IMG/VR virus record: IMGVR_UViG_3300043811_000050
Location: 1 to 64,000 of that record
Length of the DNA stretch: 64,000 bases
Strand: one strand, 5' to 3'
From: a virus
Of this stretch, positions 1 through 9,731 are shown in pieces. Positions within the stretch are counted from its first letter, which is position 1; every line of letters starts with the position of its first letter. The notes under the pieces were generated by a model. The model saw nothing but the letters and a program-made list of their open reading frames with translations. It was not told the origin of the DNA and did no database searches. The position numbers and the translations under genes are program-made.

Positions 1-6
1 CAGGAC

Positions 7-495
7 GTGCTGGTCGGCGTGCCGGGGGAGACAAACTTCAAGGGCCGCAAGGCCGGCGAACCATCTAATTCTGCTTTGGCCTACGTGCATGATAACGGCG
101 CACCCGAGGCCAGCATCCCGGCGCGTCCGTTCATGAGACCCGGAATAAGGGCGGCTAAGAAAGCGATCGTAGTACAGCTTCAGCTGGCCGGCAGGGCGGC
201 CATCGATGGCGACAGCACGAAGGTCATGGCGCGGTTGCACGCTGCCGGGCTCGCCGCCGTCGCCAGCATCCGCGCCGTTATTACCGCGGGCATCCCACCG
301 CCGCTGGCGCCGAGCACCGTAGAAAAGCGCATCGCGCGGCGGGCGAGCGGCACGTGGCGTCGTAAGCGACGCGCCGAGGTTGCGGCGAACGTTGCCGCTG
401 GCGCCGCCCCGGGCGAGGGCATTTTTACGCCGCTTATAGACACTGGAGCTTTGAGGGCGGCGATAACGCACGTTATCAGGCCAAAAGCAAGATGA
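7..495 (+). CDS. Neck/virion morphogenesis protein (probably 5'-truncated by the window)
   Basis: Motifs IPARPFMRP and PLIDTGALR typical of phage neck/tail-completion proteins; first gene of the tail cluster. Confidence 0.7.
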   Translation: MLVGVPGETNFKGRKAGEPSNSALAYVHDNGAPEASIPARPFMRPGIRAAKKAIVVQLQLAGRAAIDGDSTKVMARLHAAGLAAVASIRAVITAGIPPPLAPSTVEKRIARRASGTWRRKRRAEVAANVAAGAAPGEGIFTPLIDTGALRAAITHVIRPKAR

Positions 496-908
496 GCCTC
501 ATCGATGTAGACGACGTAATCTTCGACCCGTTCGTGGCGGGCCAGTTCGTAACGGTCGTGCGCCGCGAGCAGGAAGTCAACGAGCAAGGTGAAGGCGTCG
601 AAACCGATACCACGATCCCGAACGTCGTCGCCAGCGTCACGCCTACGGGGGACAATTCGCTTGTACGGGAAGAGGCGTTCAGCGCGCAGGCGCAGACTAT
701 TCGAGTCATTACGGCGTTTCGCCTGCGGGGTCAGACGAAAGACCCGAGCACAGGCAAGTCATTCTTGCCGGACATAGTCCTGTGGCATAGCGACAGCTAC
801 ATCGTCAAAATCGTCAACGACTATACGCCCTACGGCGCCGGGTTCATCGAGGCTGAGTGCGAGAGCATCGACTATCAGCAGGCTCCGGCGCGGTGGGGCC
901 AGGGTTAA
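492..908 (+). CDS. Head-closure/head-tail adaptor protein
   Basis: 138 aa beta-rich protein, ATGA overlap with upstream gene, synteny. Confidence 0.6.
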   Translation: MSLIDVDDVIFDPFVAGQFVTVVRREQEVNEQGEGVETDTTIPNVVASVTPTGDNSLVREEAFSAQAQTIRVITAFRLRGQTKDPSTGKSFLPDIVLWHSDSYIVKIVNDYTPYGAGFIEAECESIDYQQAPARWGQG

Positions 909-923
909 TCAGGAGACGGACCG

Positions 924-1898
924 ATGATCATCAAGAGGGTTTCTGACGGCGTGACTCGTCGGCGATGGCCAAAGCACTTGCTGGCAGGCGCGAGCATGGC
1001 CGCGCTCTCGATGGCGATGCTGCAAGCGGGCTTCTCGGACTATGCGGCCAAGAACTTCCTGAACTCCGTCGTCGGCCTAACCGGCGTTCAGCCCGTCTAT
1101 CTTGCCCTGTTCACGACGGCGCCGACGAGCGACGCTGGAACCGGGGGGACTGAGGTGAGTGGTACGGACTATGCTCGCGTGCAGATCGCTGGCCAGGTTG
1201 CCGCCACGGCATCGTGGACGACGTCAACGACCAACATCACCATGACGTCGAACCCCGGCTGGGTGACGCCGGGGATGAACGTGTACGATGCCACCAACTC
1301 CCAGCAGATTGGCACCGTGCTGACCTACGTCGGAACGGCGCTCGTCTTGACCGCGAACGCGGCGCACGCTAGCGCGGGCTCGACCGACAGCCTCGCCTTC
1401 TGCGCGTTTGCGCCGGCCGTCGGATCGGCAAACAATCCCGAGCCAAACACGACTCCAGTCTCGTCGACCTCCACGAACACGACGATCACATTCGCAACAG
1501 CGGGATCGAATTGGGGTACGGCAACTTCATTCGGTCTCTACGACGCATTGACCAGTGGCAACCTGCTAGGATGGGATTATATTGGTATTTATAAGTGGAT
1601 ACCATTCACTTGCACGAATGCGTCTCCCGGTGTCATGACGGCTGATACCGCGGCTGACGCCCCTCCCAACGGGTCATCGATCGTTGTCACGCAGAAATAT
1701 GGTGGAACGTTACCGCCCACGGGTGGATCGTGGGCTGGCTTGTTGACGACGGCGGGGCTCTCCGGCGCTACTTTCAACGCCAGCGTGAGCACGACTGGCA
1801 TTGGCGGCGGTCAGTTTCGCCAGGTCGCCGTTCAATCCATTCCGAACAACGTGACGGCCAGCTTCGGGGCAGGCACATTGGCTTTAACGCTGGCGTAA
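924..1898 (+). CDS. Structural appendage/collar-type protein with signal-peptide-like N-terminus
   Basis: YLALFTTAP..GGTEVSG.DYARVQI and NWGTATSFGLYDALTSGNLL motifs of a widespread phage fibre/collar family; N-terminal TRRRW..LLAGASMAALSMAMLQA. Confidence 0.55.
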   Translation: MIIKRVSDGVTRRRWPKHLLAGASMAALSMAMLQAGFSDYAAKNFLNSVVGLTGVQPVYLALFTTAPTSDAGTGGTEVSGTDYARVQIAGQVAATASWTTSTTNITMTSNPGWVTPGMNVYDATNSQQIGTVLTYVGTALVLTANAAHASAGSTDSLAFCAFAPAVGSANNPEPNTTPVSSTSTNTTITFATAGSNWGTATSFGLYDALTSGNLLGWDYIGIYKWIPFTCTNASPGVMTADTAADAPPNGSSIVVTQKYGGTLPPTGGSWAGLLTTAGLSGATFNASVSTTGIGGGQFRQVAVQSIPNNVTASFGAGTLALTLA

Positions 1899-1907
1899 GC
1901 TGACATC

Positions 1908-3734
1908 GTGGCGACCGTCCAAGTCATCCTCACGAGCGCCAACACGTCGCCTTGGCTCGTGCCGGCTAACTTCGGCGCGCTCGTTTCGGTTGAGTGCGTA
2001 GCCGGGGGAGGGAGCGGCGGTGCCGCGCGCGGCGGAGCTGGGGCCGGAGCGAGTGGCGGCGGTGGGGGCGAATACGCGAAATCGACTGGCGCTCAACTGA
2101 CGGGGAATATCGGCAGTGGCGGCACGCCATGGATCGGGTGGACCCGTGGCTTCACGACAGTACCTTTTTCGTGCCCTGCCGGGGTAGCTGGAGTAACAAC
2201 TACAGGGGTCGGGACGAGCGGGATACCAGGCGGCAATGCCATTTTCGGTGCCACCACGTTAGGTGGCATCACACTGACCACAGGTGTGGGCGCCGTCGGA
2301 GGATCGGGCGGCGGTGGCGTGACGTCCGGTAATACCATAGCCGGCGGAGCTGGTGGCACCGGCGGCGTAGGCTACACGCTCAGCAATGGCGGCGCCGGCG
2401 GCAATGTTACCGCTCGTGCCGGTTCCGGTGGCGGTGGAGCAGGTGGCCCGAGCGGAGCCGGCATCGCTGGTGTGGCTGGGGGCACTACGTCAATCGGAAC
2501 GAATGGCGGGGCAGGCGACGCGAATGCTTCCCTCACGGCCGGCGCCGGCGGAGTGGGCTCAACTACGAGTCCGGCCGGTGCTGGTGGGAATGGTACAGAA
2601 TGGGGCGCAGCCGGATGTGGGGGAGGCGGCGGAGGGCTCTTCGATACGAGCAGCGGAACGGCCGGTGCCGGCGGCCTATATGGCGGCGGCGGAGGTGGCT
2701 GCAATACAGCAACCAGTCCGGCCACATCCGGGGCCGCTGGCGGGGCACTCATCGTCATCACGTACATTACTGCGGTGGTAGCTCTCACGGGGCAGATGGG
2801 ATCGCAGTCTAAGGGCATTGGAATGGTAATGGCCGGAGCAGTTCTGCACGGCCGGGTGACTGGGGCAATGCAAGGGCGTGCGGCGCCCCATGGCGCGGTT
2901 TTGCTGACGGGGCAACTGACTACCCAGGCTAAAGGATCGGCGCATTCTTCGGGGGCGGCGATGCTCGCTGGGGTCATGACGATGATGGCTAAGGCTCGCG
3001 GAGCGATGGCGGGCGTCGTGCCACTGGCAGGTCGGCTGACCTCTCAGTTCAAGATCACCCCTGGTCTATTATCGATCAGCTTATTCGTGGCACTTACAGG
3101 TCGCATCTCCGGTCAGCTAAAGGCACGAGCGGCCCCGTCGGCGGCAGTAGCGCTATCCGGCACCATGACGACGCAGGCTCAGGGTTCAGCGCCACCCCCT
3201 ACGCTGCTCATCTTCCTGACGGGAAGGCTCGCTGCGCAGGCTAAGGGCGCTGCGACGGCGACTGCCAATGTCGCGTTGACCGGGTGTGCTACTATGATGG
3301 CTGCCGGTCGTGGCGTAGCCGGTGGCATCGTGCCGCTTTCGGGCGCATTGGCCGCGATGGTCAAGGCGACTGCCGGCCTAGCGGGGGATACTCTACTTAC
3401 CGGGCGACTGACGGCGATGGCCGCTGGAACTTCTCAGATTACGGCAATGGCTGCGCTCGTTGGTCGCGTGCAAGGCGCACTCAAGGCGACGGCTTCCATT
3501 GCGATAGTGGGTATGGTTCATCTTACCGGCCGCATGTCGGCCATGGCCACAGGGCGCGGCCTCATTACTGCTTATTCCAGTCTCGTCGGCCTCGTCGGAG
3601 GGATCAAGGGAATGATGACCGGGCGGGGATCACTGACGATGTACAACGCCCCGCACTCGGTCTCGCTCGTCGTCAACTCGTGGACGGTCAATCTCGGGGT
3701 CGCTCAGGCGACCGTCAATTTGGTGATTGAGTAA
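1908..3734 (+). CDS. Glycine-rich structural fibre protein with C-terminal ~22-aa beta repeats
   Basis: VECVAGGGSGG...GGGGGEYAKS glycine-rich domain followed by repeated LxGx(L/M)..Q.K(G/A) units. Confidence 0.6.
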   Translation: MATVQVILTSANTSPWLVPANFGALVSVECVAGGGSGGAARGGAGAGASGGGGGEYAKSTGAQLTGNIGSGGTPWIGWTRGFTTVPFSCPAGVAGVTTTGVGTSGIPGGNAIFGATTLGGITLTTGVGAVGGSGGGGVTSGNTIAGGAGGTGGVGYTLSNGGAGGNVTARAGSGGGGAGGPSGAGIAGVAGGTTSIGTNGGAGDANASLTAGAGGVGSTTSPAGAGGNGTEWGAAGCGGGGGGLFDTSSGTAGAGGLYGGGGGGCNTATSPATSGAAGGALIVITYITAVVALTGQMGSQSKGIGMVMAGAVLHGRVTGAMQGRAAPHGAVLLTGQLTTQAKGSAHSSGAAMLAGVMTMMAKARGAMAGVVPLAGRLTSQFKITPGLLSISLFVALTGRISGQLKARAAPSAAVALSGTMTTQAQGSAPPPTLLIFLTGRLAAQAKGAATATANVALTGCATMMAAGRGVAGGIVPLSGALAAMVKATAGLAGDTLLTGRLTAMAAGTSQITAMAALVGRVQGALKATASIAIVGMVHLTGRMSAMATGRGLITAYSSLVGLVGGIKGMMTGRGSLTMYNAPHSVSLVVNSWTVNLGVAQATVNLVIE

Positions 3735-4081
3735 TGTCGTTCCTGGACTACTATGGCCCGACGCCGTCATTCTTTCTGGGGGGGACTCTGTTCTTCTCAG
3801 CGTCGTTTCTCGATCAGAATGGCAACCCGACCAATCCGGCTTCAGTCATAGTCAACCTAGTATATCCGGCCCAGGGCGGCGGAACGAAATCGACAAGTAT
3901 CCCCATGATAGTTACCGGTTTTCAGTGGACGGCGAATTGGGTGGCTGATTCAGCTTCTCCTGTACTGGCGGCCGTAGGCCTGGTGTATGGCAGCCTGCAG
4001 AGCAATCCACCGCTTCCGGCTGTGAAAGATTTTCAACTGTTTTTATCAGCAAATCCCGCCAATCAGGCGCTTGACGTATGA
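3734..4081 (+). CDS. Small Ig-like/structural hypothetical protein
   Basis: ORF coupled to both neighbours; FLDQNGNPTNP beta-sandwich-like signature. Confidence 0.45.
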   Translation: MSFLDYYGPTPSFFLGGTLFFSASFLDQNGNPTNPASVIVNLVYPAQGGGTKSTSIPMIVTGFQWTANWVADSASPVLAAVGLVYGSLQSNPPLPAVKDFQLFLSANPANQALDV

Positions 4082-4674
4082 CCGATTCATCGACAGGAGG
4101 ATATCTCGTCCCAGCAGCATTGCCCGCACCGCTGCAGGATCAGCAGCTTTACGAGGCGCTGCAGTCCATGGTCGTTGGCGTTACCGGCCTGGATGGAACA
4201 TTGGTACGCCCGCGCTGGCAGCCGGAACCGAGTCTCATCCCCGCAGCAGGGACGTGCTGGATCGCGATAGGCGTGACCGACCGCGAGGCCGATGTGTTCC
4301 CGTTCCTCGGGTTCTTTCCGAACGACACGACGAACTACCAGCTGCAACGTCACGAAGAGTTCACGATGCTCGCCAGCGTCTATGATCTCGGCTACAACGG
4401 CGAGGCCGATACCGTGGCAGCTGTACTGCGCGATGGTATCATGATTCCGCAGAACAACGACGCGCTCGCAGCCAACGGCATCTACGTGGTGGGAGACGCT
4501 GACCTTGCCGTAGCGCCGTCATTGTTCAAGCAGCGATGGATGTATCGAGTGGACTTGAAGATTCGGTTCCGTAGACAGATCACGCGGCAATACTCGGTTG
4601 ATCCGTTGGCGACGGTCGGAGTCGACCTGTATACTGACGATGGCCAGCCGCCGCGCGTCATATCTGGTTCTTGA
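4078..4674 (+). CDS. Tail terminator/neck terminator protein
   Basis: DSSTGGYL, VRPRWQPEP and W..RVDL.I motifs; directly upstream of the sheath. Confidence 0.75.
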   Translation: MTDSSTGGYLVPAALPAPLQDQQLYEALQSMVVGVTGLDGTLVRPRWQPEPSLIPAAGTCWIAIGVTDREADVFPFLGFFPNDTTNYQLQRHEEFTMLASVYDLGYNGEADTVAAVLRDGIMIPQNNDALAANGIYVVGDADLAVAPSLFKQRWMYRVDLKIRFRRQITRQYSVDPLATVGVDLYTDDGQPPRVISGS

Positions 4675-4675
4675 A

Positions 4676-5014
4676 ATGGCCAAATACAGCTTCATAAATG
4701 TTGATGCCTCTCTGAGGGGGCCTAGTAGGATGGATGAGATGGAACCTCATGAAAAGCGTGCTGCCGAGATGGACTCACTGCTCGAGGAGCACAAGGCGCG
4801 CGTTGCGCTGTTGCCGCCACACATCTACGCCCATAACCTGATACCAATTGCCGAGATCCAGCGAGCAACGCAGAACAACCTGGTGCGGGCGCAGGGACTG
4901 GCAGCTTCGTGCAAGGCTTATGCTGCTGCCGTCGAAGCTATGTGGACGCGCCACGCCGCCGAGGAGGCCGAAGAGCGCGGCGGCGGAGTTCGCGAAGAGA
5001 TTAAGGAGCACTGA
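4676..5014 (+). CDS. Hypothetical protein whose N-terminus resembles the tail tube N-terminus
   Basis: Starts MAKYSFINVDASLRGP, versus tube MAAYSFINIAMSIVGP. Confidence 0.5.
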   Translation: MAKYSFINVDASLRGPSRMDEMEPHEKRAAEMDSLLEEHKARVALLPPHIYAHNLIPIAEIQRATQNNLVRAQGLAASCKAYAAAVEAMWTRHAAEEAEERGGGVREEIKEH

Positions 5015-5017
5015 GAC

Positions 5018-6556
5018 ATGACCACCGGCCTCCCCGTTGCCCTCATCGTCGCTGTCTCAGTCTCCATCACACCGAGCGGAACGCCGACGCCGAACTTTAA
5101 CACCGGCCTCGTCATGGGATCATCCAGCGTGATCGACGTAGTCACGCGGATGCGCACCTACTCGACGCTGACCGCTGTTGCCAATGACTTTGGCACATCG
5201 GCGCCGGAATATCTTGCGGCGCAGGCATGGTTCGGCCAGCTACCGCAGCCGACGTCCCTCAACATCGGGCGGTGGGCGCAGGCTGCTACACCCGGTCAGC
5301 TGTACTGTGGCGGACTCAGTGCGGCGAATACGCTCGTCTCGGCGTGGTCGAGTATCAGTAATGGCTCGTTCAAGATCAACGTGGACGGCGCGGGTCTCAT
5401 CGCCATCACCGGCCTTAACTTCTCGTCCGGCCCCGTCACTACCCTCAATGGCGTGGCGTCGGTCATCCAGACGGCCCTGCAAGCCATCGGTACCGGAGGC
5501 TATACGGCAGCGACCTGCGTCTACAACAGCGTCTACAATCGCTTCATCATCACGTCAGGGGTGACGGGTACTACGTCGACCGTCAGCTTCCTGCAGGGCG
5601 GCGGCGGTGGCACCGACATCTCGGCCCAGCTCGCCGGGCTCTCGACATCCTCGGGCGCTTACGTCGCCAACGGCATCACTGCCGAGACCTACCTTAGCGC
5701 GGTGACGACGCTCGACGTGAACTATGGCGGTCAGTGGTATGAGCTATTCACGACCAGCGCGGCGGACAGCGACGTAGAGGCCATCGCGCCCTACATCGAA
5801 GCCGCTGGAACCGCGCTGCATTATTACTTCGTCACCAGCCAGGAGGCTGCGACCATCACGACCGGCGACAGCACCAGCTTGGCTTACACGTTGAAGCAAA
5901 CCGGCTACAACCACACCGCCGTCATGTACAGCGGGCAGAGTGCCTACGCGGGCGTATCATTGGGCGCTCGCATCGTTACGGTCAATTGGTCCGGGCAGAA
6001 CACGACGCTGACATTGATGTTCAAGCAGTTGCCGGGCATCGCGGCGGACACATTGACCACGACGCAGCTCGGCCAGGCGCTCAGCAGCAATGCCAATGTC
6101 TATGTAAACTACAACAACGTTCAGGCGGCTGGCGTAACGCCGATCACGCAGCCGGGCGTCGCGACCAGTGGCATCTACATCGACAGCATCGTCGGCATCG
6201 ACGTGCTGGCGGCAACCATCCAGGCGAACTTGTTCAACGTGCTGGTGGGCACGCCGAAGGTCCCGCAAACCGATGCTGGTCAGGGTGTGCTCGCCAACTC
6301 GATCTCGGGCTCGGTCAAGGGCTTTGCCACTAATCCGGGCAACGGATTGCTCGGACCGGGTGTATGGAACGCAGCAGGTTTCGGCCAGCTGACGCAAGGC
6401 GCGTGGATGCCAACCGGCTACTACGTCTATCAGCCGCCGATCTCGGGTCAGTCTCAGAGCCAGCGGCAGGCGCGACAGTCGGTGCCGTTCCAGGTCGCGG
6501 CGAAACTTGCCGAAGCGACGCAGTCGGTCAGCGTGCTGCTGAGCGTCAACCAGTAA
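5018..6556 (+). CDS. Contractile tail sheath protein (DUF3383 type)
   Basis: 512 aa; DFG..APEY.AA..WF.Q.PQP, TLMFKQLPG and KVPQTDAG motifs. Confidence 0.9.
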   Translation: MTTGLPVALIVAVSVSITPSGTPTPNFNTGLVMGSSSVIDVVTRMRTYSTLTAVANDFGTSAPEYLAAQAWFGQLPQPTSLNIGRWAQAATPGQLYCGGLSAANTLVSAWSSISNGSFKINVDGAGLIAITGLNFSSGPVTTLNGVASVIQTALQAIGTGGYTAATCVYNSVYNRFIITSGVTGTTSTVSFLQGGGGGTDISAQLAGLSTSSGAYVANGITAETYLSAVTTLDVNYGGQWYELFTTSAADSDVEAIAPYIEAAGTALHYYFVTSQEAATITTGDSTSLAYTLKQTGYNHTAVMYSGQSAYAGVSLGARIVTVNWSGQNTTLTLMFKQLPGIAADTLTTTQLGQALSSNANVYVNYNNVQAAGVTPITQPGVATSGIYIDSIVGIDVLAATIQANLFNVLVGTPKVPQTDAGQGVLANSISGSVKGFATNPGNGLLGPGVWNAAGFGQLTQGAWMPTGYYVYQPPISGQSQSQRQARQSVPFQVAAKLAEATQSVSVLLSVNQ

Positions 6557-6571
6557 CCATAGGAGGGCGCC

Positions 6572-7027
6572 GTGGCGGCCTACAGCTTTATAAATATTGC
6601 CATGTCTATTGTGGGGCCAGGCGGCGCCTTCAATCTCGGCTATGGTTCTGGCGACGCTGAAGAGGGCATAACTATTGAGATGATCGACGACAAGAACAAG
6701 ATGGACGTCGGTGCAGATGGTTCCATCATGCACAGCCTACGCGCCAGCAACGCCGGGCGCATTACGGTGCGATTGCTCAAGACTGCGCCGACGAACTCAC
6801 TGCTCTCGGGTCTCTATAATTTTCAGCGGTTCAGCAGCGGTAACTGGGGTCAAAACTCTATTGTTACTACTGACACAGCGCGTGGTGACTTGGTCCTTGC
6901 CAGTCAGATGGCGTTCGTCAAGCAGAGCGACCTGACTTACGCTCAGGACGGCAACTACAACACGTGGGTCTTCATCGGCAGCATCGACAACGAGCTGCTG
7001 GGCACCGGCACACCGAGTGCGAACTGA
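6572..7027 (+). CDS. Tail tube protein (DUF3277 type)
   Basis: YSF...GPGG...AEEGI and GADG..MHSL motifs; follows the sheath. Confidence 0.85.
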   Translation: MAAYSFINIAMSIVGPGGAFNLGYGSGDAEEGITIEMIDDKNKMDVGADGSIMHSLRASNAGRITVRLLKTAPTNSLLSGLYNFQRFSSGNWGQNSIVTTDTARGDLVLASQMAFVKQSDLTYAQDGNYNTWVFIGSIDNELLGTGTPSAN

Positions 7028-7464
7028 TGCCTGACACCACTGAATATCTCGGCCACACCTACCGCGTCGAATCCATGACGGTGATGGTGGAACTCCACGT
7101 GGCGCGGCGCATGGGAGCGGCGATGGTGGAAGCTGTGGCGGAGAGCTATCGACGCGGCGACACGCAAATCCTGCTTCCTGAGGTGATCGCGTGGGGCAGC
7201 CTCAGCAACGAGGACGTCGAGTACATCGTCAATGCATGCATGGGCGCGTTGCGGCGGCACGATCCCAAGCGCGAGCAGTGGGCTCCGGTGTGGGCGGCGG
7301 GGCAACCAATGTTCCAGGACATCGACCGCCCGACAATGATGCACCTCGTCGGGGAGGTGCTGCGCTTGCGCATCGGCCCTTTCTCACCAGAGCCCGCCCC
7401 GAAGGCATCAAGCGACGCGAAGGTGGACGGTGGGCCAGCCTCCCCGGCGGGGAAGACTACTTGA
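7027..7464 (+). CDS. Tail assembly chaperone
   Basis: Lies between tube and tape measure; in-frame slippery heptamer C CCT TTC at 7377-7383. Confidence 0.7.
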   Translation: MPDTTEYLGHTYRVESMTVMVELHVARRMGAAMVEAVAESYRRGDTQILLPEVIAWGSLSNEDVEYIVNACMGALRRHDPKREQWAPVWAAGQPMFQDIDRPTMMHLVGEVLRLRIGPFSPEPAPKASSDAKVDGGPASPAGKTT

Positions 7465-7604
7465 TGCGCCCAGTTATTGAAGGGTGCCTGTCGCTGGTTG
7501 ACTTGCACGATACGCGCATTGGGCTGCTGGACATTGGGCTGCTGAATGACGCACTCGACGTGCGTGCGGAGAACGAGCGGCGGGCAAATGAGAGAGACAA
7601 ATGA
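7377..7604 (+). CDS. -1 frameshift extension of the tail assembly chaperone (G-T type)
   Basis: The -1 frame encodes LPGGEDYLMRPV...LLNDALDVRAENE, a typical second-chaperone segment. Confidence 0.65.
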   Translation, partial: PFLTRARPEGIKRREGGRWASLPGGEDYLMRPVIEGCLSLVDLHDTRIGLLDIGLLNDALDVRAENERRANERDK

Positions 7605-7837
7605 CAGATAATGAAAAGCTTTATGATGCCTTGGTTGCTCAGATGGAGTATGTGCAGGCGCTTCAACGTCATCAGCTGCTGTGGTTAAAATGGGTACTGG
7701 CAACTTGCCCGGAGAAACTACCGAATACCGGCTTACCCACTGAAGATATTGCCAATGCCACCGCCGCCGTAAATAATGCACGGGATAACGCCATGACTGC
7801 ATATTATGCGGCAATACCAGGAATACTGCGACAGTGA
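7601..7837 (+). CDS. Hypothetical protein
   Basis: 78 aa ORF with overlapping start/stop on both sides. Confidence 0.5.
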   Translation: MTDNEKLYDALVAQMEYVQALQRHQLLWLKWVLATCPEKLPNTGLPTEDIANATAAVNNARDNAMTAYYAAIPGILRQ

Positions 7838-9117
7838 CTGCTCAGGTCCTACAAGAGTACCTCGTCTCACTTGGCTTCACCGTCAACCAGGCGCAGCTGC
7901 GCAGCTTCAGCGACGCGCTGAAGGGTACGGCGACGTCTGCCGCCAAGCTGGGGGCCGAGGTCGTGGCCACGAGCGTTTCGCTGACCGAGATGGTGAGCGC
8001 GGTGGCCAAGCAATTCGAAGACCTCTACTACATGAGCCAGCGCACGGGTTCCACAGTCACCAACTTGCAGGCGGTTAGCTTTGCTGCGACGCAGATAGGT
8101 GTTTCAGCAGATGAGGCCAAGGGTGCTATAGAGGGTTTTGCTTCGGCGATGCGTCGCCAGCCTGGCTTGCGCAATTTATTTGAAGGCGTTACTAAGCACA
8201 AGCTGACGGGCGATCCAGAAGTTGATATACGAACTTTTGTACGGTCTCAGCGTGGCGTTGCCGATTACATTGCTTTACAGTATGCAGATCAATTGCATAT
8301 TCCGGAGCATCTCTATTTGCAATATAAGAACAATAACAATCTTGAGCGAATGGAGGCTTCTAAAGCTGAGTACATCAAACGCTTGAAAGAGGCTAACCTT
8401 GATTATGGACCAGATGATCGTCGGTGGGTCGACTTTGAGAATACGCTCGGGCACCTCGCCAGTCAGTTTGGCATTGTTGGTAAACGCATTGCGGAGGATC
8501 TCCGACCGGAGATTCAGGGTGCTATTGAAGACCTCGATAAGATGGTTGGACGTTTTGGTCCAACGGATGTAACTAGCCAGGGTAAACTAGGTACCGCAGC
8601 TGGTTTGGCTGGAGGCGTTACGGCAGGTTCAGGAATAATGGCGGTTATAGGTAGAGTGCTTGGCTTTAGTGGCTGGAAAACAGGGCCGTATAGTTTAATA
8701 CCGATGATAATGCAGATGATAAAGGAGGATTCTGAAAATCCAGACCAACCGTTGAGGTCAGCTATACGCCAAGTGCTTGGCATTCACGATTATCATGAGC
8801 CAGCCATGTGGTCCCCGGGGGGCAGCTGGAAGCCTGGGACGGCCGCCTTTAGCAATCCTGAGAAGGGAGGGAGTGGCCTCCCGATGCCTCGTGGCTCGTT
8901 TACTATTCCCCAGGGTAACATAACTGCGGGAGACGTCGTTGGTGTCGATAGTGCTCCTGCCGTGGGTGCAAACAATTCGCGAACCAATACGATCAACGTC
9001 AGTCAAATCAACCATATGCCAAACGTCAAGAACGCTGCAGACGTTCAATATGAGATGAACGAGGCCAATAGGCGCATCGCTGATACCTTCAGAAGTCTCA
9101 GTCAGAAAATACAATGA
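7834..9117 (+). CDS. Tape measure protein (short, 427 aa)
   Basis: EYLVSLGF start, LYYMSQRTG motif, helical character, position after chaperones. Confidence 0.8.
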   Translation: MTAQVLQEYLVSLGFTVNQAQLRSFSDALKGTATSAAKLGAEVVATSVSLTEMVSAVAKQFEDLYYMSQRTGSTVTNLQAVSFAATQIGVSADEAKGAIEGFASAMRRQPGLRNLFEGVTKHKLTGDPEVDIRTFVRSQRGVADYIALQYADQLHIPEHLYLQYKNNNNLERMEASKAEYIKRLKEANLDYGPDDRRWVDFENTLGHLASQFGIVGKRIAEDLRPEIQGAIEDLDKMVGRFGPTDVTSQGKLGTAAGLAGGVTAGSGIMAVIGRVLGFSGWKTGPYSLIPMIMQMIKEDSENPDQPLRSAIRQVLGIHDYHEPAMWSPGGSWKPGTAAFSNPEKGGSGLPMPRGSFTIPQGNITAGDVVGVDSAPAVGANNSRTNTINVSQINHMPNVKNAADVQYEMNEANRRIADTFRSLSQKIQ

Positions 9118-9674
9118 GTCTTATACCTCTCGGCGTCTCCGTCGGCATCGCGGCCCTGGAGGGTCTGCTCAGCCCGGTGCTCATCCGCCCTCGCTCGATC
9201 GGCGGCTTCATTGCGGACGTGACCGTCGAGGAGAGCGCAGACGACGAAGTTGAGATCACGCAGATACCGGTTGAGAGCGGTGCCGCGGTCACTGACCATG
9301 CCTACAAGCGCCCGGCGCGGTTGACCATTCGAGCGGGCTGGTCGGACTCCTCGGCGCAGGCCGGCGGTAATCCGGTCTACGACCAGCAGGTCTATCAGGC
9401 GTTCCTGATGCTGCAGGCGTCACTCGTTCCGTTTCAGGTAATCACCGGCAAGCGCATCTACAACAACATGCTCGCGCGGCGTGTCAGCCAGACGACCAGC
9501 GAGAGCACCGAAAACGCGCTGATGATGACCGTCGAGTGCCAGGAGATTATCTTCGTCACGACCAGCACCACAACTGTTCCGCCGGCTGCGCAGCAGCAGA
9601 ATGCTGCCGCGACTGCGCCGGTCAATCCTGTTGGTCAAAAACCATTGCTACCCGCGCCGCTATTCAGGAGTTAA
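9114..9674 (+). CDS. Baseplate/tube-initiator (Dit-like) protein
   Basis: EIT..PVE.GA.VTDHAY..P and TGKR.Y.NML motifs. Confidence 0.8.
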   Translation: MSLIPLGVSVGIAALEGLLSPVLIRPRSIGGFIADVTVEESADDEVEITQIPVESGAAVTDHAYKRPARLTIRAGWSDSSAQAGGNPVYDQQVYQAFLMLQASLVPFQVITGKRIYNNMLARRVSQTTSESTENALMMTVECQEIIFVTTSTTTVPPAAQQQNAAATAPVNPVGQKPLLPAPLFRS

Positions 9675-9731
9675 AGATGTATGACATTGACAGGGCGATG
9701 GTCCTTGTAGCCGAGCTAGAGGGTGCGGAAC

